A stretch of 64,000 nt of DNA from Alphaproteobacteria bacterium (lineage in GTDB: Bacteria; Pseudomonadota; Alphaproteobacteria; SHVZ01): the NCBI GenBank assembly GCA_009694025.1, contig SHVZ01000003.1, positions 6,608-70,607 on the forward strand, given 5' to 3'. The notes beneath the pieces were generated by a model, which saw only the letters and a program-made list of their open reading frames with translations, was not told the DNA's origin and did not search any database. Within the stretch, counting starts at the first letter, position 1, and every line of letters begins with the position of its first letter. Both the position numbers and the translations under genes were made by a program. Shown here piece after piece: positions 20,199 to 27,567 of this stretch.

Positions 20199-21146
20199 CT
20201 AGTCGGGACGGGCGCCGAACCGGGCGAACTTCGTCAGAAACGCAGTGTGCGCCGCATGCCGGACCGGCTCGGAGCAGTTGATGAAGGCGCGGATCGATGA
20301 AAGGTCGTCCCGACCCAGGTCCGCATCCGGAACCGAGCGGACGAGATGCAGGTAGGCGAAGTTCGGTTGCCAGCACAGGCTCGGGCGATAATCCCGGATC
20401 GCTCGCGTGAGCATCGAGGGTTGGGCCACCCAGTCGAACGGCGACATGGCGGTGACCGGCGTTCCCGTCAGCAGCGGCAACATCCAGCAGGCGACCAGTC
20501 CCATGTCGTGGTAAAGCGGGAGCCAGGAGACGATCGAGTCGTCCGGGCGAAGGCCGATGGCGGCGCCGTAGAGATCGATCTGCTCCAGGCACGCCGCGTG
20601 CGAGATCATGACGCCTTTGCGGAGGCCGGTCGTACCTGAGCTGTATTGCAGGAACGCGATGTCGTCGCCTCCGCCACCTCCCTCCATGGCGAAGGAATCA
20701 GGCAGCGGGGCAAGCGCCGCCGCCTGGGTCGGGATGACCATCAGCCCGTCGGCGGACCAGACCGCTCCCTTGAGCTCGCTGCCGATGACGATGGCGTCCG
20801 GGCGAGCCGCAGGCAGCAGTGCCGCGACGATCTCGGTGAAGCGCGCTTCGGGCAGTTTCGGCGAGGGTGGCGGCAGCATCGCCGGGACGAGGCCGCCGAC
20901 GATGGCGCCGAGGAAGGCCGCGTAGCCGTCGATCGAGCTCGACACGAGAACGACGACCCGCTGCCTCGGTTTGAGGCCTCGGTCCTTGTATATCCGCGTC
21001 CACAGCGCCGCCTGCTGGAGCACGCCTGTGTAGGACAGGGCTACCTCGACGCCGTCAACCCCCAGCAGGCGCAGGAAGGTCGAATCGTCGGCGCGCCGGG
21101 CGACGTCCAGGATGCGCTCCGCCAACGAGGAGTGCTTGGCAGACAT
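20199..21146 (-). CDS. N-terminal half of a fatty acyl-AMP ligase (FAAL); terminates at an in-frame TAG 6 codons before the ATG of the downstream fragment
   Basis: LQYSSGTTGLRKGV (AMP-binding core) and WLPLYHDMGL motifs characteristic of FAALs. It is in the same reading frame as 18336..20180. Confidence 0.7.
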   Translation of the reverse strand: MSAKHSSLAERILDVARRADDSTFLRLLGVDGVEVALSYTGVLQQAALWTRIYKDRGLKPRQRVVVLVSSSIDGYAAFLGAIVGGLVPAMLPPPSPKLPEARFTEIVAALLPAARPDAIVIGSELKGAVWSADGLMVIPTQAAALAPLPDSFAMEGGGGGDDIAFLQYSSGTTGLRKGVMISHAACLEQIDLYGAAIGLRPDDSIVSWLPLYHDMGLVACWMLPLLTGTPVTAMSPFDWVAQPSMLTRAIRDYRPSLCWQPNFAYLHLVRSVPDADLGRDDLSSIRAFINCSEPVRHAAHTAFLTKFARFGARPD

Positions 21147-21202
21147 GAAGCCTTTTCCAACTGCGGATCGTCGTCGGCCGTGCTGGTGAGGCTAGCGGTA
21201 GA

Positions 21203-22456
21203 TCACGTCACCCACTTCTTCACCTGGTACTCGGGCTTCTTCCAGGCGCCCGAAGCCATGACGTCGCGGAGATGTTCGACTGCGTCCCAGATGTCGACGA
21301 AACGGACATAAGGCGCGGCGATGCCGAAGCGCACGATGTCGGGCTCGCGGAAGTCGCCGATCACCTTGCGCGCGATCAGCGCCTGCATGATCGGCCAGCC
21401 GTTCTTGTGGTGGAACGCCATCTGGCTGCCGCGGCGCTCCGGCGCGCGCGGCGTCGCCGGGGTGAAGCCGTGGCCGGCCAGCCTCTCGTCCACCAATCGC
21501 ATGAGCAACCCGGTCAGGGCGAGGGACTTGGCGCGAACGGGCTCGATGCCGGCCTCGATCAGGTCGTCGATGCCGGCCTCCATGGCGACCATCCCGAGGA
21601 TCGGCGGGGAAGAGCAGCGCCACTGCAGAATTCCCGGCGCCGGCCGGTAGTCGAGGCCGAACTCGAAGGGATTGGCGTGTCCGAGCCAGCCGGTCAGCGG
21701 CTGGCGCACCTTGTCGTGGTGACGCTTGGGCGCGAACACGAAGCCCGGCGCGCCGGGGCCTCCGTTCAGGTACTTGTAACCGCAGCCGACGGCGAAATCG
21801 GCCTGGATCTTGTTCAGCTCGATCGGCACGCAGCCGGCGGTGTGCGCGACATCCCAGATCGCCAGCGCGCCCTTGGCGTGGGCGGCGGCGGTGATCCGCG
21901 CCATGTCGTGCAGCCGGCCGGTGCGGTAGTTGATCTGTGTGCAGAAGACCACGGCGGTGTCCTCGTCGATCGCCGCCTCGACCTCGTCCTCGCCGACCAC
22001 CTTCACACGGTGCTGGCGCTCGAGGAACTCGGCCAGTCCCTGGGCCATGTAGACGTCGGTCGGGAAGTTGCCGGAATCGGTCAGGAGCGTGCGGCGCTCC
22101 GGGCGCATCAGCAGCGCCGCCGCCAGCACTTTGTGGATGTTGACCGAGGTGGTGTCGACGACGATGACCTCGCCGTCATCGGCGCCGATCAGCTTGGCGA
22201 TCTTGTCGCCGAGCTTCTCGGAGAGCGCCATCCAGCCGTCCTTGAGCCAGCCGCCGACCAGATGCTCGCCCCACTCGACGTCGAGGGTCTTGGCGACGCG
22301 GGTGGCCGCAGCCTTGGGCAGCGCGCCCAGCGAATTGCCGTCGAGATAGATGAGCCCTTCGGGCAGCCGGAAGCGATCACGGAAGGCGCGAAGCGGATCC
22401 TCCCGGTCCAGGCGCTCGCAATCGGTGCGGGTGTTGGCGGCAGGTTCAGCGGTCAT
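21203..22456 (-). CDS. kynU: kynureninase
   Basis: 417 aa, PLP-dependent, starting MTAEPAANTRTDCERLDREDPLRAFRDRFRLPEG with strong kynureninase-family resemblance throughout. The ATG at 22456 was chosen within the longer ORF. Confidence 0.8.
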   Translation of the reverse strand: MTAEPAANTRTDCERLDREDPLRAFRDRFRLPEGLIYLDGNSLGALPKAAATRVAKTLDVEWGEHLVGGWLKDGWMALSEKLGDKIAKLIGADDGEVIVVDTTSVNIHKVLAAALLMRPERRTLLTDSGNFPTDVYMAQGLAEFLERQHRVKVVGEDEVEAAIDEDTAVVFCTQINYRTGRLHDMARITAAAHAKGALAIWDVAHTAGCVPIELNKIQADFAVGCGYKYLNGGPGAPGFVFAPKRHHDKVRQPLTGWLGHANPFEFGLDYRPAPGILQWRCSSPPILGMVAMEAGIDDLIEAGIEPVRAKSLALTGLLMRLVDERLAGHGFTPATPRAPERRGSQMAFHHKNGWPIMQALIARKVIGDFREPDIVRFGIAAPYVRFVDIWDAVEHLRDVMASGAWKKPEYQVKKWVT

Positions 22457-22573
22457 GGCGGCTCCGGAAAGGGCGCGAAACTCTATCACGGCAGGCGTCC
22501 GCGGAAGGGTTGTCCGCGTTGCGTGCCCGGGCTCGCATGCTATAACCCGCCCTTGCCCCGATAACCGCCAGGG

Positions 22574-23035
22574 ATGGCCCGGCCTGTGCCCGCAACCCCC
22601 AAGATCTTGATCTTGAACGGCCCCAACCTCAACATGCTGGGGGTGCGGGAGCCTTCCGTTTACGGCCGGGATACCCTCGCCGATGTCGAGAAGCTGTGCC
22701 GCAAGACCGCTAAGAACCTCGGCCTCGCGGTCGATTTTCGCCAGTCCAACCACGAGGGCGAGCTCGTCACCTGGATCCAGGAAGCCCGGGCGAAGATGGC
22801 GGGGATCGTCATCAACGCCGGCGCCTACACCCACACCTCGGTCGCGCTCCTCGACGCGCTGACGCTCGCCGAGCTGCCGGTGATCGAGGTCCATCTCTCC
22901 AACATCTACAAGCGCGAGCCCTTTCGTCATAAATCCTACATCTCGCCGGTCGCCCGCGCCGTGCTCTGCGGCTTCGGCGCCCATGGCTATGCGTTGGCTC
23001 TCGAGGGACTTGCCCGGATGGTGAAGAAGTCATGA
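22574..23035 (+). CDS. aroQ: 3-dehydroquinate dehydratase, type II
   Basis: [14 protein letters not shown] motif, and the conserved aroQ-accB-accC gene order. Confidence 0.9.
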   Translation: MARPVPATPKILILNGPNLNMLGVREPSVYGRDTLADVEKLCRKTAKNLGLAVDFRQSNHEGELVTWIQEARAKMAGIVINAGAYTHTSVALLDALTLAELPVIEVHLSNIYKREPFRHKSYISPVARAVLCGFGAHGYALALEGLARMVKKS

Positions 23036-23481
23036 TGCGGAAGGAGCCGAAGGAGATCGACGAGGCGCTGGTGCGCCAGATGGCGCGGCTCCTGACCGAG
23101 ACCGGTCTCACCGAGATCGAGTACGCCGGCAAGGACTGGCACCTACGCGTGGTCCGCCAGCAAGCGCCGGTGGTAGCGCCGGTTGGCGCGAGCCCGGCCG
23201 CGGCGCCGGTGGCGGCGACGGTCGCCGAAAGGCGGCCGGCCGAGCAGCCCGGCGCGCTCAAGGCGCCGATGGTCGGTACCGTCTATCTCGCGCCCGAACC
23301 GGGAGCCGCCGACTTCGTCAAGGCTGGCGACAAGGTGCGCGAGGGGCAGACGGTGATGATCATCGAGGCGATGAAAGTGATGAACCCGATTCCCGCGCCC
23401 CGCTCGGGAACGATCGCCGAAATAGCCGTCACCAACGGTGAGCCGGTCGAGTACGGCCAGCTGCTCGCGGTCGTCGAGTAG
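23032..23481 (+). CDS. accB: acetyl-CoA carboxylase biotin carboxyl carrier protein
   Basis: EAMKVMN biotinylation motif in the C-terminal lipoyl-like domain. Confidence 0.92.
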   Translation: MMRKEPKEIDEALVRQMARLLTETGLTEIEYAGKDWHLRVVRQQAPVVAPVGASPAAAPVAATVAERRPAEQPGALKAPMVGTVYLAPEPGAADFVKAGDKVREGQTVMIIEAMKVMNPIPAPRSGTIAEIAVTNGEPVEYGQLLAVVE

Positions 23482-23501
23482 CTCGGCCGCGGGCCCGGCC
23501 G

Positions 23502-24866
23502 ATGTTCGAGAAGGTCCTCATCGCCAACCGCGGCGAGATCGCGCTTCGCATCCATCGCGCCTGCCGCGAGATGGGCATCCAGACCGTCGCCGTGCATTCG
23601 ACCGCCGATGCCGACGCCATGCATGTCCGGCTCGCCGACGAGGCCGTCTGCATCGGCCCGCCGCCGGCGCGGGAGAGCTATCTCAACATCCCGGCGATCC
23701 TGACCGCCGCCACCATCACCAACTCGGACGCCATCCATCCAGGGGTGGGCTTCCTCGCCGAGAACGCCGGCTTCTGCGAGATGGTCGAGGAGCACGGCTT
23801 CACCTTCATCGGGCCGAGCCCCGACCACATCCGCCTGATGGGCGACAAGATCCTGGCGAAGAGGGCGATGATCGAAGCGGGCGTGCCCTGCGTCCCGGGC
23901 TCCGAGGACGCGATCCCGGCCGGACCGGAAGGCGATGCCGTGGCCCAGGGGCTCGCCGCCGGGATCGGCTTCCCGGTGATCGTCAAGGCGGCCGCAGGCG
24001 GCGGCGGCCGTGGCATGAAGGTCGCCTGGAAGGCGGGAGACCTCGACGAGGCCTTGAAGCTCGCCCGGCGCGAGGCCAAGGCGGGATTCGGCAACGACGC
24101 CGTCTACCTCGAGAAGTACCTGGCGCGCCCCCGGCACATCGAGATCCAGATCCTCGGCGACTCCTTCGGCAACGTCGTGCATCTCGGCGAGCGCGACTGC
24201 TCGATCCAGCGCCGCCACCAGAAGCTCCTGGAAGAGGCGCCGTCGCCGGCGCTCAACGCCGTCGCCCGGGCCGAGATCGGCAAGATCGCGGTCGACGCCA
24301 TGGCCAAGCTCGCCTACCGCGGCCTCGGCACCATCGAATTCCTGTACGAGGATGGGCGCTTCTACTTCATCGAGATGAATACCCGCCTCCAGGTCGAGCA
24401 CCCGATCACCGAGGCGATCACCGGCATCGACCTCGTGCGCGAGCAGATCCGCGTCGCCTCCGGCTCGCGCCTGTCCTTCGGCCAGGACGACATCCGCTTC
24501 CAGGGCCACGCCATCGAATGCCGGATCAACGCCGAGGACCCCAGGACCTTCCGGCCGTCGCCCGGCCGGATCATCGACTACCACGCGCCGGGCGGTGCCG
24601 GCGTCCGCGTCGATTCCGGCGTCTTCGCGGGTTACACGGTGCCGCCCCACTACGACAGCCTGATCGCCAAGCTGATCGTCCACGGCGCCAGCCGCAACGA
24701 GTGCCTGATGCGCCTCAAGCGCGCGCTCGGCGAATACGTGATTGGCGGCATCGACACCACGATCCCGCTGCACCAGCGGCTGATGACCGAGCCCGCCTTC
24801 CTGGACGGCCGTTACGACATCCACTGGCTCGAGGGGCTGGTCCAGGGAACCAAGCCTGCGGCATAG
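23502..24866 (+). CDS. accC: acetyl-CoA carboxylase biotin carboxylase subunit
   Basis: N-terminus MFEKVLIANRGEIALRI with an ATP-grasp fold; 454 aa. Confidence 0.95.
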   Translation: MFEKVLIANRGEIALRIHRACREMGIQTVAVHSTADADAMHVRLADEAVCIGPPPARESYLNIPAILTAATITNSDAIHPGVGFLAENAGFCEMVEEHGFTFIGPSPDHIRLMGDKILAKRAMIEAGVPCVPGSEDAIPAGPEGDAVAQGLAAGIGFPVIVKAAAGGGGRGMKVAWKAGDLDEALKLARREAKAGFGNDAVYLEKYLARPRHIEIQILGDSFGNVVHLGERDCSIQRRHQKLLEEAPSPALNAVARAEIGKIAVDAMAKLAYRGLGTIEFLYEDGRFYFIEMNTRLQVEHPITEAITGIDLVREQIRVASGSRLSFGQDDIRFQGHAIECRINAEDPRTFRPSPGRIIDYHAPGGAGVRVDSGVFAGYTVPPHYDSLIAKLIVHGASRNECLMRLKRALGEYVIGGIDTTIPLHQRLMTEPAFLDGRYDIHWLEGLVQGTKPAA

Positions 24867-24873
24867 TCGGGGA

Positions 24874-25476
24874 GTGACCGCCCCGCTCTCGCCGGAGCTC
24901 CTGCTCAAGGCCTACGCCATCGGTGTCTTTCCGATGGCCGAAGGGCGGGCCGATCCGCGCATCGTCTTCGTCGATCCCGATCGCCGGGGCGTGCTGCCGC
25001 TGGACGAGTTCCACATGCCCCGGAGCCTGAAAAAGACGATCAAGCGCTGTGTCTTCGAGGTGCGCTGCGACACCGCCTTCGCCGAGGTGCTGGCCGGCTG
25101 CGCGGCGGCGACGGCGAAGCGCAAGGACACCTGGATCAACCCGGAGATCGAGCGGCTCTACAACCAGCTCTATCGCTCAGGATTCGCCCATTCGGTCGAG
25201 ACTTGGCGGGAGGGGAGGCTGGTCGGCGGGCTCTATGGCGTTGCGCTCGGCGCCGCCTTCTTCGGCGAGAGCATGTTCAGCCGCGAGACCGACGCCAGCA
25301 AGGTCGCGCTGGCGGCCCTGGTCGAGCGCCTGAAGCGCGGCAACTTCACGCTGCTCGACACCCAGTTCCTGACCGAGCATCTCGCCCGCTTCGGCGCCCG
25401 CGAGGTTCCGCGGGAGGCCTATCGCCTGATGCTGGAGGAGGCGATCGTCCGCGACGCGGCGTTCCCTAAGGGGTGA
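24874..25476 (+). CDS. aat: leucyl/phenylalanyl-tRNA--protein transferase
   Basis: Family signature GVFPM...GESMFS; 200 aa. Confidence 0.85.
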   Translation: MTAPLSPELLLKAYAIGVFPMAEGRADPRIVFVDPDRRGVLPLDEFHMPRSLKKTIKRCVFEVRCDTAFAEVLAGCAAATAKRKDTWINPEIERLYNQLYRSGFAHSVETWREGRLVGGLYGVALGAAFFGESMFSRETDASKVALAALVERLKRGNFTLLDTQFLTEHLARFGAREVPREAYRLMLEEAIVRDAAFPKG

Positions 25477-25483
25477 AGCAGGG

Positions 25484-25858
25484 CTAGGTCGGGCGGCAAT
25501 CCAGCACCCAGACGTCGTAGACCGGGTGCTGGAGCGGGTTGAGCGCCGGGCTCGAGGCGAACATCCATCCTGAGAACAGCGGCCGTGGCTGCTCGCCAAG
25601 GCGGAGCTGGCGGATCTCGAGAAAGGCGGCGCTTTCCGGCGGCTCCTCCGGTGGGCGCTTATGGCAGGCACGCAGCGTGATCTCGAGCGTGCCGAACCTG
25701 ACCGGACGGTCGATCTGGGCGGGAAAGGTAGAGACCCTGGCCGTCACCTTCTCGAGCCCCTGCAGCATCGCCGCGCGCTGGTCCTGGGCCGAGGCCGGAA
25801 GCGCGAGCAGCAAGACGAGCAGAGCGAGCGCGTGGCGCTCAGGGCTTCTTCGCCGCAT
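25484..25858 (-). CDS. DUF2155-family periplasmic protein
   Basis: Signal peptide plus a conserved alphaproteobacterial DUF2155-like sequence. It sits downstream of the MlaD-like and NDUFA12-like genes, as in many alphaproteobacteria. Confidence 0.55.
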   Translation of the reverse strand: MRRRSPERHALALLVLLLALPASAQDQRAAMLQGLEKVTARVSTFPAQIDRPVRFGTLEITLRACHKRPPEEPPESAAFLEIRQLRLGEQPRPLFSGWMFASSPALNPLQHPVYDVWVLDCRPT

Positions 25859-26312
25859 CCTTGCTCTGATCGGCGCCGGAGAACATGAACTTACCGAGCA
25901 TCTGGACGAGGTCGACCGGAGACTGAGTGAACAGGATCTCGCCGCCCGGCTTGATCGTCTCCTGCTCGCCGCCCGGGATGAGCGCGACGTAGCGTCCGCC
26001 GAGCAGCCCCTCGCTCGCCACCTCGGCGACCGTGTCGGACGGCAGCTTGACCTTGGGGTCGATGCTCATGCGGACGACGGCGAGGTAGCGCTCGGTATCG
26101 AGCCGCTGGTCGATCACCGTGCCGATCTTGATGCCGCTGAGGCGGACGTCGGTGCCGGCGGTGATGCCGTCGACCCGGTCGAAACGTGCCACCACCTCGT
26201 AGCCGCTCACCGCCTTCAGGCCCGAAAGGTTATAGGCGAACACCAGGAACATCGCGGCGACGACGAGGACGACCGCGCCCATCACCGTCTCGATCATGTT
26301 GCGGCCGGTCAT
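25839..26312 (-). CDS. MlaD/Mce-domain outer-membrane lipid asymmetry protein
   Basis: N-terminal TM helix and an Mce domain. The ATG at 26312 (MTGRN...) was chosen within the longer ORF. Confidence 0.7.
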   Translation of the reverse strand: MTGRNMIETVMGAVVLVVAAMFLVFAYNLSGLKAVSGYEVVARFDRVDGITAGTDVRLSGIKIGTVIDQRLDTERYLAVVRMSIDPKVKLPSDTVAEVASEGLLGGRYVALIPGGEQETIKPGGEILFTQSPVDLVQMLGKFMFSGADQSKDAAKKP

Positions 26313-26346
26313 GGGCCGAACTCGCTCCGGTTTGGCCGAGGGCGGA

Positions 26347-26709
26347 TCAGGCCGGGCGCCACGGCTCGTAATCGCCGGTAGCCGCCGCCCGCTTTCCGCC
26401 CATGGCGACATGGCCGGGCGGGCGATAGGCCTGGGCCGTGCCGGTCAGGTTCGGCACATGCTCCTTCTGCCAGCTCGGCGCGGGCTTGGCGCCGTCCTTG
26501 GGCCGATCCTCGACCGTGTGATGGAGCCAGGCGTTCCACTCCGGCGGCACCTTCGAGCCTTCAGGCTCGCCCTCGTAGATGACCCAGCGCCGCTCTCGGC
26601 CGTCGGTGCGCTTGGCACCGCCCTTGGCCCGGTAGTAACGATTGCCGTAGGCGTCGGTGCCGATGAGCTCGCCGTTGAGCCAGGTGAAGAGACGGGTGCC
26701 GAGACTCAT
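26347..26709 (-). CDS. NADH:ubiquinone oxidoreductase subunit NDUFA12-like protein
   Basis: A roughly 120-aa protein with the NDUFA12/B17.2-like WxxW pattern, forming a conserved trio with the MlaD-like and DUF2155 genes. Confidence 0.6.
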   Translation of the reverse strand: MSLGTRLFTWLNGELIGTDAYGNRYYRAKGGAKRTDGRERRWVIYEGEPEGSKVPPEWNAWLHHTVEDRPKDGAKPAPSWQKEHVPNLTGTAQAYRPPGHVAMGGKRAAATGDYEPWRPA

Positions 26710-26779
26710 GCGTTTTAAGCCTGAATTGCTTAAGCGCGCGGACTATGGACCGGCGGCGGGCGGAGGTAAAGAGCGGGGC

Positions 26780-27178
26780 ATGGCTGCGATCTCGGTGAAG
26801 GCTGTGATCATCGATCGGGGTCGGGTCCTGCTGCTCGCCAACGATCGTGGCGAGTGGGAGCTTCCGGGCGGCCGGCTCGATCCCGGCGAATCCGAGCCGG
26901 CGGCGCTGCTTCGCGAGATCGGCGAGGAGCTCGGCATCGCCACCCGCCTCGGGCCCCGGCTTGCCGAGGAGCCCTTCGAGGTGATTCCTGGCCGCAGCGT
27001 CCGCGTCGTCAGCTATGGCTGCGAGATCGATGGCACCGGCCCGATCACCCTCTCCGCAGAACACCGGGACCTGCTCTGGGCACCGGTCGATGCGCTGGGT
27101 GATTTGCCCCTGCCGGGGGTCTACCGCCGCGCGATCGACCTGTGGGTATCTCTGAGGATATCTTTCAAGAATCCCTAG
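26780..27178 (+). CDS. NUDIX hydrolase
   Basis: Nudix box GGRLDPGESEPAALLREIGEELGI; GGAGG RBS upstream of the ATG at 26780. Confidence 0.8.
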   Translation: MAAISVKAVIIDRGRVLLLANDRGEWELPGGRLDPGESEPAALLREIGEELGIATRLGPRLAEEPFEVIPGRSVRVVSYGCEIDGTGPITLSAEHRDLLWAPVDALGDLPLPGVYRRAIDLWVSLRISFKNP

Positions 27179-27500
27179 TTTATCGGCATATCTATGACAG
27201 TGTGATGGCACACACACAAAATGTTGTTGCCTCGGGCCTCGATTGTGGCAGACTTCAATCCTTCCGCGGACGCCGTTGTCGGGAGGCCGGCCGGGGCGAA
27301 CGCCGTCATCGAAGTCGAAGTCGTCACAGTCGCCTGCGCCTGCCGCGAGGGCTCGAATCCTCAACCTGCCCGCGGCAAATGCGAGTTCAGAGAAATAACG
27401 AAAAATCAAGACTCTACAGGCGTTCTTTTATCTGTTTTGTCAACATTCTCCATTAGTTTTCTGAAATCATTGCGCGATACCCACTTTGCCCTTGCTGCCC

Positions 27501-27547
27501 CCTCAAGACCTAGTGTAGGCTTCCCCTCATAACGCAATATATTGTGG
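27501..27547 (+). promoter_or_regulatory. tandem NrdR boxes (box 2 ACGCAATATATTGTGG strong; box 1 CCTCAAGACCTAGTGT degenerate) immediately upstream of nrdJ
   Basis: Box 2 matches 14 of 16 positions of the NrdR consensus acaCwAtATaTwGtgt. The two box centres are about 31 bp apart, as is typical of NrdR operators. Confidence 0.5.
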
Positions 27548-27567
27548 TTCCGGGGGGAACGAAGCGC

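Noticed and set aside
27343-27375. Complete tRNA gene in the AT-rich spacer
   Set aside because: Only a T-arm-like GGCTCGAATCC and a flanking inverted repeat are visible. I could not fold a full cloverleaf by hand, so I left it as a possible remnant pending tRNAscan-SE.
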